This document shows, piece after piece, positions 1 through 13,934 of a stretch of DNA of 64,000 nucleotides; the stretch's first letter is position 1, and every line of letters starts with the position of its first letter. The stretch covers positions 53,258,001 to 53,322,000 of the forward strand of contig OX597822.1 in NCBI GenBank assembly GCA_951406725.2, in the 5' to 3' direction. Position numbers and translations under genes: made by a program. Below the pieces are notes generated by a model, which had not been told where the DNA came from, did no database searches, and saw nothing but the letters and a program-made list of their open reading frames with translations. Source of the DNA: Octopus vulgaris. Its lineage: Eukaryota.

Positions 1-182
1 TGTTCCTTTCATCGTTGTATATAAGTATCAATAAATTTGATAAAAGTTAAATTACATGACTGAAGCAGATTAAAAAATAAAAGAATAAAAGAATATACCA
101 TATTTTCTGATATTACCTAAGGAGGCAAAGAACACTTCTACAGTTACTCATCATATGATGGTGAATACTCCCAATATATATA

Positions 183-254
<72 letters not shown>

Positions 255-984
255 AAAAGGAACATTTCATTCTGATTTTCAGGAACTCCTGAATCGTTAC
301 TAAAATGAATGCGTTTCAAAATATTTGAAACCAGGAAAATCGAAATCGGAAATGACGTCAGAAAGAGCTTTTTTGGGAGAGCGACGTTTCGTTTAAAGAT
401 ATCGCTATCAACTGATTCAGCATGAGGTCAATAACTTTATTGGTGCTAGAAATAAGGATCTTGGAAAGATCTTTCCTCGGGAGCATTTGTGCTATGGGTA
501 AAGTGAAAATGTCATTAACCGAGAATAGAAAACAGATCGTAGACTCGGTAACCAGGAATTTAGTTTCTTGTACCAAAACAGCAGTAATTATTTTTGTAAA
601 TATTCCAACAATAACAACAAAAAACAATTAAATAAAACAATTAGACTATCCCGGTGATCCAGTCAAAAGATCATTGGCAAAAAAAAATCAATTAAAATTT
701 CAATAAATAGCGCAGAGGAATTACAAAAATTTTCTTAGATGGCAGTACTGTAAATGTTATTAAAATATTAATTAGAGAATACGCAATGCACCAAGCCAAT
801 GAACAAGCTTCATTTCAGATATCTGTTCTTTGTAGTTCAACAGTTCAGAAAGCCCAAGCTCAAATTATCGTAAAAGGATTATTTCTACTTTAAATATTTC
901 CCTATGTGAAGTTTCAACACCAAATAACTAATATGGCGACCTCCAGTTATTACAGAACATTTGAACTCTTTGAAATTTTGTTGC

Positions 985-998
985 TATTTTGTTGTTGC

Positions 999-1029
<31 letters not shown>

Positions 1030-1041
1030 CTTCTTCTTCTT

Positions 1042-1140
<99 letters not shown>
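985..1140. repeat. Compound trinucleotide microsatellite (GTT)n(CTT)n(ATT)n
   Basis: Directly visible; explains the homopolymer ORFs at 906-1245. Confidence 0.98.
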
Positions 1141-1799
<659 letters not shown>

Positions 1800-1984
1800 T
1801 TACTACTACTATTATTATTATTATTATCATTATTATTATTATTATTCTTTGTCTGCTTCTTCTTTGTCTTCTTCTTTTTCTTCTTCGGTTGCTCGTCTGG
1901 CAAAATGCTTAGCGGTATTTTGCCCATCGCTATGTTTTTAGTTTAAATTTCGCTGTGGACAACTTTGTCATTCATTCTTTTGGG

Positions 1985-2160
1985 TCTTTTCTGTAAATGG
2001 ATCTATTCCAAGTGACTTCATGGTATGCTGTCCTTAAACCTCTTTGGGGGTTTACACCGACTGCGTTTCCCCCTACAAGTTCGCCAAAAAATAACTGTTT
2101 GGGTGTGCGCTTATCCATTGGAACAATATGGCCCGACCATCTCATTTGATTTTTCAGAAT
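1985..2160 (-). mobile_element. RTE-clade LINE C-terminal fragment inserted in a SINE
   Basis: Translates as [27 protein letters not shown] (RTE 'RW.GH..RM...R.PK..LFGEL' motif); the fragment plus a (TACA)n tract is bracketed by a 30-bp duplication (1958-1987 and 2240-2269). Confidence 0.75.
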
Positions 2161-2384
2161 CATACATACATACATACATACATACATACATACATACATA
2201 CATACATACATACATACATACATGCATACATACATACATGACAACTTTGTCATTCATTCTTTTGGGTCTGATAAAACAATTACCAGCTGAGCACTCGGGT
2301 CGATAAGCTCCTCCCCCGAAATTTTTGGCCTTTTGCCAAAATTTGAAAATATTATTATTATTGCTGTTGTTATTTGATATGCGC

Positions 2385-2495
2385 ACTGCAGATAAGATTG
2401 TTGAAAAACAAAAACTTACATCGGGCTACAACAAGTATCTTTAGATGCCAAGAACCTTCTTAAGTATCCTATCTGTTCTTAATACTGTTTTCTAG

Positions 2496-2496
<1 letters not shown>
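2385..2496 (-). mobile_element. R4/Dong-like LINE extreme 3' end
   Basis: Encodes ...ILKKVLGI*; similar to 63672-63790; lies next to TAA repeats. Confidence 0.65.
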
Positions 2497-2566
<70 letters not shown>

Positions 2567-2589
2567 TGTTGTTGTTGTTATTTTTACTA

Positions 2590-5290
2590 TTAATCTGCAT
2601 CTTTGTTAGTCACTTGCTGAGACACACCCAGCGTCCTGGGGCGAGTGAAAGAGAAGAGACGTTACAATATGATTAAAAGCTTGGGGAAGGCATATAGTGA
2701 AATACCTTCATGTAATACAACGCAGACATTTAAATAGATAGGGTTTTTCTAAGGATGTGCGCAGTACTTGTCAGCACTATCTTTTGGATTTCACAGCCAT
2801 TCAAAAGATTAATGGGGAGAGGGAGTCCCCTTCAAAGATACCTCGTTTGATGTTGATGTTGTCAGTTTGGTTCATCCCAGTGTTCCTCTTGACCATGCTA
2901 TCTTGAAAGAATTTGGAGATGACAGGAGAGATCTTATATGTTTCAAGGGCCTTGAGTATCCAAATATGTGGTAACTATCAAACGCTTTCCTATAGTCTAT
3001 CCATGCCATACTCGGGTTTTCTTTCTTTTTGCTCCGGCAATTATCTATAATCATTTTATTTATGCGTAATTGATCTTTTCCCCCATAAGAATTTCTTTTA
3101 CAGCCTTTTTAAGCTTGTGGAAGAATAGATATTTGTTCGAGAAAAGAGTATATTCCGTCAGTTAATATGGGTCTAAGGATCTTGTAGGTGGTGTTGAGGC
3201 GTGTTATTGGTCAGTAGTTCTTTGGAATTTTTGCGTCTTCAGTTTTTGATAGTAGGTATGTTGTTCCTTCAGTCAGCCAGGCAGGTATTTGCTCTGGGTT
3301 CTGGATGACATCAATCAGAGCGACAGCTAAATTTTGGTGTACTTCTGTCAGACAATTTAGCTAGAAGTTAGGAATTCGGTCCAGTAGTAAAGATATCCAT
3401 TTGTGAGACTTCCTCAGAAAACATCTTAGCTCTTCTATTCCTAATGCTTTCCATTTCTGCTCTTCAACTTCATCCAATCTCACTTTTTCACACTCTATCT
3501 AATCAGCTTTAGCATTATATTCTTCTTTGTTGCTCCATATCTTCTTCCATTTCATCAATCTTAGGTGGCTCCTTTACTTCTATCTTACTTTTGCGAATTT
3601 TCCTAAAAATTTTCTTTGCATCCGTATTGAATATCATGTTTTGTCGATAAAATTTGATTCTTTTGTCATATTTTCTGTGCCGTTGGGCTTTGAGTTGTAT
3701 TCGTTGTTTCAATTGTTCCTTGGTTGCAGGAAAGTTTATAAAATTTTTGATTTTATATTTTTGCTTGATTTTTCTAGCTCGTTTTCTAGCTCGTTTCTTC
3801 TTAACATTTACTCCGCTAGCAAGTTCATCGAAAACTAATACATCCACTTAGAAAGTCTATTTACATGGTTGGTCCTTTTCTGTTTCGTCCTGATACCTAG
3901 TTGAGCAGTTACAACTTTAGCAGTGGAATAGATGGAGTTATATAAGGTTGTTAGGTCATTTCCTTTATTACTTAAAATCTGTCTAACAGTAACATTATAT
4001 ATCATGATCATGCTGTTGTTTTTTATGCTGTTTGAGAACTTAGCCAGTGGTTCTTTATTGATGATGTCAGTAGACGCAGTCTTGTTGAGTCCTCTGGTAA
4101 TATCTTTTGCTTCTACGATCTTCTCTTTATTATTCACCTCGAATTCTGCCATATCTATTCTGGTACTCTTGAATCAGGTCTACTTTCTCCTCTTTTTCCG
4201 CATATCTATTCATCGCTATTCTTTCTTCAGCTCCCTCGCTGAGACGTACTGTTGCTACACTGGGTTCTGTGCATCTGTTACCTGTTTCATCTGCAATGTT
4301 GCTGTTTTCGTTCGGTCTACCATGAGATATTTGTATCCTGCTTTGTTTAATTTTAGCGTCAGTTAACCTTTTATTCTTAATGCTATCTCAATGTACCGTA
4401 CATTACTTATTTTATTTGCATCTATATATCTGCATACTTTATTGCCCACCAAGTTTCTGCATGAAATGTAAGTTTGTACTATGAGGTTATTGTTTGGGTA
4501 TATTTTGGACTGTATAGAAAGCTTTCAACATATCTCTGTAATCCTCTGTAGTCCCTTTTCTGCGTTTTGCTTTAGGTGATGTTTTTAGTGGTGTCCCTAC
4601 AGGCCTAGGGTTAGGGTTATCCTGGATCAGGTTACCCACTAGATCGTGTTTTAGAGAGTTTGTTCCAGCAGCAGACTTTTCGACCCTAATCTGGTTCTTT
4701 ACTGAATAACGCGGCCCTTGTTACCCCGGGTGATGACCGATTCGGCGTGAGTTTTGGTTTGTCATTAAGGCGTTGACAGTGACAATAGGAGACGGGTCTG
4801 TTTGTTCAGAGTTGACTGCTTGACCTAATACCGCTTTCTTGTTCTTCGAATGGATATATTTAACATATCGTAGGTTGACAGATCGAAAATCGCCTCTAGT
4901 TTTTTGGTAGCTATGTTTCCCGGTATAAGTGTTTGTTTATGTTTTAAGCTGAGTGACTAATTTGCTCCATTTTTTTTTTAATTCGTTTGTGGGAAATCGC
5001 TTTGCTTTTGTTTGTGTTCGGTACAGCGAGGACTGGGCAGCCAGAAACCTGTTCAATTGTTTCTGTGAATATTAGTGCCACGGTGAAGATTTGTAAGACA
5101 TTCCAAACATCTCCGTTCTGAGACTCTTACGTGGATATATTCACACACTTGAGTGTATGCATTGACAGCTCAAACAGCAGACTAACTCAACGACATATTC
5201 ATAAACATCGGAAACTCACGTAACCCCCAAAAGTCTTCTGCCTTTATTAGCAACCGACCTGAGCTCTCTCAAGGACTGAAATTAATCTCA
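2590..5290 (-). mobile_element. Decayed R4/Dong-clade non-LTR retrotransposon with an internal deletion
   Basis: Fragments RYDKRIKFYRQNMIF-like, AWIDYRKAFDS and KRGIFEGDSLSPL, then a direct jump to the C-terminus EIQKIVLTSTAHILRKTLSI*, a short 3'UTR and a (TAA)n tail; many stops and frameshifts. The 5' boundary is approximate. Confidence 0.85.
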
Positions 5291-6114
5291 AAGAATACTT
5301 ATACATTCATACACACATGTAATGTGACATTGTTTTCGTTATCTACATTCCAACGATACAGCTTTGTATTTTTGTTAGAAACTAGCTCCTTCAAAGGAAG
5401 AATTAAAATAATTAAAAGCACAAAAGAACATACATTCATACGTATGTATGACTATCACAACATAGTCGTCACTCGCGAGAGAGTTTAACTTAGCTGCATG
5501 CACCATCCTCATGCTAATTGCTTTAGGTGTCTATGTATTTGTGAGTAGACAAAGAATAAATGTTGGACCTCCCAACTCACAGAATATCTAAGATCTTGCA
5601 GTTGAATGGGAGAGAAAACTACACTGGCACGCAGCTACTACTCAACTGGGTTGACAGGAACAAGATGAAATTTAAAAAAAAAAACTTTACTAACACCGTC
5701 CAAGAATTGAACCCATGTCTTCAGGGTCACGAGGCCGACACTTTAAACACTAATCTGCTTATCTATTAGTCGGACTATATATTCATTCCATGTATTCACT
5801 GCAGCCTATCAATTTTACTCAAGAACAAACAATTTTGTATAAAAAATATTATTAATCGATCTTTTTAAGCAGCTGCAGTTGAAATGATATTAAATCCTGC
5901 CTATAACAACAATTCATACAAATGTTTAGTGATTCCAGCTGTTAAAATGCGAATGCGTAACTCCAAAGACTAGCGAGAGAGATGCGCTGAAAGAAGCCAT
6001 TCTAAATTGCAGGGTCTCATACCCGTGGATGGTTGTCTCTATCATGATCAATCTGTGTAGAGAGATGGCTCACAGGGTCAATATGAAGGACGTTTTCACC
6101 ACAATAAATTGAGG

Positions 6115-6435
6115 CAGTGGTTCTCAGTCATTTTTTATATTTTAAATCGGTTTCTTTTTCACTCTGGTGGAGCCCCATCACCACCTAGTTTTAGAGATAC
6201 TTATTTCAAAATTCCTATGATGTTTCTCACACATTCACGTGTGGAGTTTGAATTATGCAGACTGTTAGAGAACGAAGTTAATCTGCTTCTTGCAATAAAT
6301 ACATCTAAAGCGGAATTTTTTCATGAATCCTTAATATGCTACTGTGGGTCTTCAATTTATTATTTTGTTAGCGTGGACTCCCTAAAATCTTATATAGACA
6401 CCAGGGATCAAATGGACATCATTTGAGAACCACTA
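6115..6435. mobile_element. hAT-type (Charlie/MER20-like) MITE
   Basis: Terminal inverted repeats CAGTGGTTCTCA ... TGAGAACCACTA; no coding capacity. Confidence 0.7.
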
Positions 6436-7364
6436 GTTTAAGGGGGGAAAAGATGCATCGGTAAGCAACCAGTCCTTTATTAGTTATAATCCTCAGCTAA
6501 TCGAGAGACGATTTTTAAATCTAAGGCGGATTCAACGGAAAGCGATCTTAATTTAATTGTACGCTTTTATAACGTAATTAACACATCATAATATATTATA
6601 TAATGTAGTTACCTTTATCTTCGTTTTATATAACTCTATAAATCGCAGTACGCTTTTGTAACATGTTCGTAGAACGTTCCTTGTATGTGTGAATGGATTG
6701 TTACAGCAATAATAAAAAGGACTATTATTATTAAACTTTTTAATTGCCTGCGATAAACGTGTCTTTTACGAGTTACGTGAGCTTTGGGAAAATTTATCGG
6801 ATTATATTCAGTGTTGGATATTTTTCATGTCTTTTTCGACTGCTGTTTTGTTTTTCTCTTTTTTTTTCCCTGTTTCATGTATTGTGTACTCGTTAAATAG
6901 AGAGGTGAATAGTTTAATTTGTGCTTTACCTTTGTTCAGAGGAGAAATATGACATTATTTAAAATTTTTATTTTATAAACACAGAATTCAGTGTAGAGGG
7001 CGGTGGGATGATTCACAAAATGTTACCAATATAAAAATAATAGATAAAAGGTAATTAAACAGGGTAACATAAGCATTTACATTTTAAAAATTCAGCAAAC
7101 AAATACAGACTTAGAAACAGAGACGTCGAATGGAGGCAAAAGTGCCAGAATGCTCCAACACACAACCGTAACATTTAAACAGGTTGTGTGTATTCTGCTG
7201 TTGAAGGAAGAACAAAGAAGAATTGGACTTACCTCTGCCTCTTAAAAAAATATACAGCACTCCCAAAGTGTGCGAAATTACTCAATAACAGATATTCATA
7301 ATTTTACCCTACACGTTTAATTATTATAACAATCATCTGTCTGTCTATCTGTTTATCTATCTGT

Positions 7365-7411
<47 letters not shown>

Positions 7412-7414
7412 AAT

Positions 7415-8083
<669 letters not shown>

Positions 8084-8173
8084 CATACAGACAGACAGAC
8101 AGATAGACATATAGATAGATAGATAGATAGATAGATAGATGGATGGATAGATAGATCGATGGATGGATGGATG

Positions 8174-8271
<98 letters not shown>

Positions 8272-8741
8272 CAGACAGATAGATAGATAGATTAAATAGA
8301 TAGATATGTGTATTTCTTCTTTTACTTGTTTCAGTCATTGGACTGCGACCATACTTGGATATCGAACAAATCGACAAATCTATTATTTTTTGCTGAACCA
8401 CTAAGTTACAGGGATAAAAAACAAACCAATATCGATTGTCAAGCGATGGTGAAAGGCAGATATAAAATGAAAACACACACACACGCACACATATACACAA
8501 CAGGATTCTTTCTGTTTCCGTCTATCAAATCCACTCACAAGGCTTTAGTCGGCCCGAGATTATAAAAGAAGACATTTGCCTAACGTATCCTGCAATGGAA
8601 CTGAATCCCCAGACCACGTGGTTGAGAAGAACGCTTCTTACCACACATCCACTTTGTGCTTATGCGTATGTATACCGCGTGTGAACCGTTGGCGAATTTT
8701 TCTCCTCCGCCTTCCCTTCTTTGGATCTTTCCTTTTCCTAT

Positions 8742-8776
8742 GTTTCTGACTAAGAGCTCCGCTCGAAACGTTGAAC
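8742..8776 (+). ncRNA. Minimal type I hammerhead ribozyme fold (G8 mutated)
   Basis: GTTT-CTGACTA-A-GAGC(tcc)GCTC-GAAA-CG-TT-GAAC: stems I and II pair; the core has T in place of G8. Sits in a ~190-bp element ending in (TA)n. Confidence 0.7.
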
Positions 8777-8857
8777 CCTCCTACTTTCCTTCTTTCCTGA
8801 ACGTCCAATAATACTATACTTGCTCCACTTGTTTTCTCTTGTGTTTTTCATGTTTGG

Positions 8858-8920
<63 letters not shown>

Positions 8921-9099
8921 GGGGAGAAAGAGAAACAGACAGAGACAGATAGACAGACAGACAGACAGTCAGACAGACAGACAGTCAGATTGGGGTTGAA
9001 TTTGAGCTAACCAACAGCAACAACAATACTGACAATGACTTCCTATGGAAAATATCACAACATTCATGCACGTGCAATAAAGACTAAAATACATTAATA

Positions 9100-10130
9100 A
9101 GCAGAAGAGAAGAAGCATCTGGTTATTACTAATAAAGATTTTAGTAATAATTTCACTTGTATGAAAGTCAATCTTGTCTAGGGAGTTAGAAATAAAATCT
9201 AAAAAAAGAAAACAATGCGGTGATGTGAGGTGTTACATGTGCAGAGAACATTGAGAGACAAGAAACCATATAGTATTTCAATGTCCGGTGCAGACCAAGT
9301 AATTTTACAGAATTTTTCTGATATGCATAAGCAAGTAGGTTGTTTGGGCAACTTTTCAATAGAAATTTTAACTGGAAAGAAGTTATGTAATAAGTCAGCA
9401 AAGATGTCTCTGGCACAAATAAAACTAGAAATAATAGAATTGACTGCGGAATAGTACCGAAAGACACTTGCTGCATCCCAAACGAATGGTAAAATCAGTA
9501 CTAATATAATGTGATGAGCTAGAAATTTTAATAAATCAAAACTACTGAGGAAGGAAATAATCATTATCACAGTGCAAAATTCTAGTCAAGAAATTAGGCA
9601 GAGGAGACACTATAAATACTTTGGTACAAAAATACATTTGTTATTTTGGTGACAGATTCAGTTATCAGTTTTCTTTTAACCTCGCTCAGAAGACGGCACC
9701 TATGAGCTGTACAGTCTTTCTTACACATGAATTTGACAAGATTGATCATCAGTTTCAACTTTTTTAGAACTCTTATCTATGTTTCCTCTTTTAGAGGGGA
9801 CATCGATAGGTGAAAGTTCCAGACATTTAGACTTCTATGGGTAACTGATTGAGGTTTGGCAGCGACACACATTAAGAGCAAGAAAAGGAAAAGTAAAGAG
9901 GGTGAGCCGAGTGGCTTTAGAGCTGGCCACAGTTTTTTCGTTCAAAAGTGTAGGAACTATTGCAACACCAGGAAAAGAAGAGGGTTGATGCAACGCGCCG
10001 ATCTACAAGATAGAGATGTGTGCTGAAGTGTGATGATTGACCAAACAGACGAAAGACGTTATTTTGGATGAAGATAAAAGGTGTTGGTGTGTTTGTGCAT
10101 GACAGTAGCATTACCCTAAAGATGTAAGTA
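9100..10130 (+). pseudogene. Highly decayed piggyBac-like transposase remnants
   Basis: KKPYSISMSGADQ (cf. KP...YN..MGGVD..DQ), KMSLAQIKLEII, and a downstream RCVLKC...RRKTLFW...GVG resembling the Cys-rich C-terminal domain. Confidence 0.5.
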
Positions 10131-10324
10131 TTTCTTAAACAGCATTAGACTAATGTAATAGTCCGCATTATTGTGCATCATAGTGCACTAGTGTGCTGCG
10201 GGTGATATGTAGAAGCACAGTATTTTTTTAATATATAATTTAGATATTTATAAAAGCCATAGTAATGTTTGAGCATCTCTAAAAGCGCATTATTCATAAT
10301 TTTGTTATAAGTAAATATGGTTAA

Positions 10325-11004
10325 CTAACTGAGGTAGCCGGTAATGAATTACCGTTAAGAAGATATCTGTTTATAGCCATGAAACATTTTTCGTCAAATT
10401 TCGAAAGTTTTCAAATATTTAAAATCTATATTAATGGGTAGGACTAATTTAACGAAAAAATGAGCAGACCCGTGTCGTCGTCATTTTTGTGCATGTACGT
10501 AAAATGGCGAAATTTTACGCTTTGTGGCAGATTTCGTCAAATTCATGTCATGGCTGCTAGTGTGCAAAATGCCTAAATTTTGCTTGGGAAATGAAATGCT
10601 CTAACCTAATCAAAACCTGAAACGCTGGGGAATTAAAGCAACGAAATGAAATAACAAGTTTTAGCAAATCAAAACAATTCACATTGAAATGCAGAATTAG
10701 CAAATGCTAAATAAATTACCGTTAATAAGATGTCTGTTGATACCAATGAAACATTTTACGTCAAATTTCGCATTTCTCGTCAAATTGATGTCACGATGGC
10801 TAGTGCGAAAAAATCCGAAATTTTACAATTTTTAAAAATCAATGCTGATTAAAAATCTATTTTATGAAATTTCCAAGTGCATAAGTGACTGCGTGGGCAT
10901 GAGCCTCACACACGTGTCAAGTTTCATGAAGGTCTGTAGGATATTTCGGAGGAGTTAAAGTAACAACTTCACAAACACACAAACTTGACATTAATTATTA
11001 TAGA
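10325..11004 (-). mobile_element. Non-autonomous Helitron
   Basis: Minus strand starts A|TCTATAAT and ends with hairpin CGGTAAT-tc-ATTACCG then TTAG|T; internal duplications (10346-10403 vs 10713-10771). Confidence 0.7.
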
Positions 11005-11949
11005 TATAACAAAGTAAGCAATAGTTTTCTATATGAAATATATACACTTGAAACAGCTTTAAGATGAAATTACTTGTATGTATATTAATGTGCATACAAA
11101 CATTAATGAAAATACTGATGTGTATATAATATGTGTACAGACATGATACAGCGCTAGCTATCATATCTTGCTCCAGAGACTTCTCAAAGAGATTTTTGTG
11201 TTAAAGGGAGAGAACTTCACGCTAAACACCGGTGGATCGTCAGACACAGTTTACCGATTTCTGTTGTGAAATAAGCATTTTTGGGATTGGCTGAGAAAGT
11301 CCTGTTGTATTTGTCACTGAGGAGACGAAATCAGGTCGAAATACGGGGCATGGTGAATCACTAACGTACTGAGTGGAACTGTGCATGTTTAAATATCTCA
11401 TAGAGAAGTTTCTTTGATACAAAAATAGTGCAACTAAACTGTTACAGGTTTGTATACACATTACAGATGTTATACTTACTGGTATTTCAATAGTTTAACT
11501 TTAATAGTGTTTTTCCCAATAGTTTTCAATTTAAGACAATGTGAACATTTAAATATTCATGCGAATATTACTTCTAAGTTTTTTTTTTCTTTTGTTCTTC
11601 AGTGTGATGCCAAGTTAAAAAGATTAAGAACCACTTCTATACTGTGAATCGGATTATTATTCTGTATGGAGTCAAACCAGCTGATCTAGACTGAAGTAAT
11701 TTGTGGCTCGAAAGAGAAAGTCATTTATATGGCTTATAGCTATGTTATAGATAACATATGACTTATGTCTATGGTATAGATAACATATAACTCATGATAT
11801 CTTATTTTAGATGATATATGACTTATGCTTATGTTGTAGATAATATGTGTCATTTGACGATGTGAAAAATATGCTGTGGCAATGTTGTAGATATGTGGGA
11901 GACAAGAGATTTTAGAAGATAGTATTTGTTATAAGTTTCAGAGTTTCAG

Positions 11950-12500
11950 TTGTATGATGTTTGTCAGAGGAATGTGTGTAATTTGTATGATTCGTAGTTG
12001 CACAGACTAAGTCAAGATTTATTTTCTTAGAAGCACTGCTCCTATGGCGTGTGGTGCCTAGGTAACATATAGATGACTCTTATACGTGAAAAGGTGTCGT
12101 GGAATGAAAAGATATCATCTGCATAGTAATATATGAAAGTGACAATCCGTAATAGAATAAGAATGTAGGGGAAGAATATCATGGGAGACATAACAGAGCC
12201 TTGTGGCAAAATAGAGTTAATTAGAATGTGATTCGAAGAGATATTGGAAAATGGAATGAAAAATAGAACTTTATTTTGATGGAAATCCTCAAAGAAATCG
12301 AGATATGCCCATTCATTGAATACTACTCAGTTTTTATCTTTTACAATAGGACCGTGGAATCAAATAGACTGGTAAAAAGGACTGATGCAACTGGATAAAT
12401 AATTGACCGAAATCTAAATATAATATATTAATCATAATCGAGAGCCTGTTCATGATTGTAGACATGCATGATTACAGAAATTTGTGATTGCCATCATAAC
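11950..12500 (-). mobile_element. Decayed LINE reverse-transcriptase fragment
   Basis: PQGSVMSPMIF and YYADDI motifs on the minus strand; boundaries approximate. Confidence 0.55.
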
Positions 12501-13199
12501 TACCATCCGAAATGATAGATTTAATTGAAAAACATATATATAATACGATAAAGCGAAGATTAAATAAGAACTATCTGCAAGTTGAAGCCAGACGTTCTGA
12601 CGTTGTTATAATAATCAAGGCGAAATGCATGATTAAAGATGTAAGGATAGTCTGCACAAGATTATATAGTCATAGCGAGACACAGCAATGCGAGATAGCA
12701 AAATAAATATTACAAAATGACTAAATTGAGAAGGAAAATTAAGAATATATAATCTACAAAACATTTGAAATAATTTCACTAATAATTGAAGAAAGATATT
12801 CAACAAAAGTTTCAAGAATTATAAAAAAGACTACGTTCAAAACAGGAAATGAGTTTGGAATGCTTCAGTTTTCTTTTCTCTTTTTCTTTTAGATAGAACA
12901 AGCATAACTCTGAGGTAAACAGTTGTTAAATAAACTTTAGATTGCTCCTTATGACTAATTTTCAATGAGGATAACCAACAGAAATAAATCCATAGTAATA
13001 ATAACATTAATTATAGAATATTAATTATAATTATAATCCTTTATCGCTATTCCCCTCCAGTCATGGACAAAGAGACATTACTAATTCAAATTACAAAGGC
13101 CTGGAGATTTTCATAAAATCGAGTAAGAATACACAAACAGTATAAGGCAAACAACATATAGGGAAATAGAAAGAAACTCCCAAAGGAAGATCAATAAGA

Positions 13200-13800
13200 G
13201 AATACTATAGATTTCAGATTATCTTTACTGACAAAAGCAAGTGCATTTTCACTTCTGTTGTCCAAAAGCACATGCTAAGAGTAGATCGATCTAATTGGAC
13301 CATTCACCTCACTTGTGCCGAGTTCTCAGAAATTTTAGTGAAAATCAGAAGATACATTTCATCCCAACTCTTCCTCTAGAAGTGGTAATGGAAAACGTTC
13401 TTAAGAACTTTACTGAAGAAGAGAATGTGGTCTGTCCTCTCAATCGTTAAAATTGTCCACCACACAACCTCATTCACCATAACCAAAGAGGTTTTCAAGA
13501 TGCATTCGTTTGATAGCTGGATGCAATCTAGACGCGAGACAACTGTTTATCACAAAAGTTTGCTATGTCCGGGCATCGAACAAATGGTGTACAACGGTTT
13601 CATCACTCTGCACTCTTCTCGGAACCAACCCGATTCACAGCATTTCGATGCCTCTAGAATTTAGCTCGAGCTGGAAATGAACCTACATGCCCTGTTATCA
13701 CTACCAGGCCAGTGGTTTCTCAAAGTTGTCCGTTGTTGGCGAGCGAAAATAAATCCGGAATAGACAGGCCAGTTGATTTTTGTTGGTTCACAGAATCTCA
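13200..13800 (-). mobile_element. Decayed Tx1/L1-type LINE 3' fragment
   Basis: ETVVHHLF and EVVWW motifs typical of the L1/Tx1 zinc-knuckle and C-terminal region. Confidence 0.45.
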
Positions 13801-13934
13801 CAAACGATATTGTCATTACTGCCCACCACTAATTCTCTGTAGAATTCGTAGTTAATATAATTATTCTGTTTGCAGTAATATTTGTGTTCAAACGTAGTCT
13901 ATGTATGCAATGCATGCATGTCTCTTCTATTTTT

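Noticed and set aside
90-165. Minus-strand TGATGA...GAAA...GTA hammerhead-like arrangement
   Set aside because: C3 is missing, and stems II and III do not pair.
5015-5045. HDV-like CCCAGTCCTCGCTG near the LINE 5' end (minus strand)
   Set aside because: P1, the P1.1 GG and P4/J4-2 could not be assigned.
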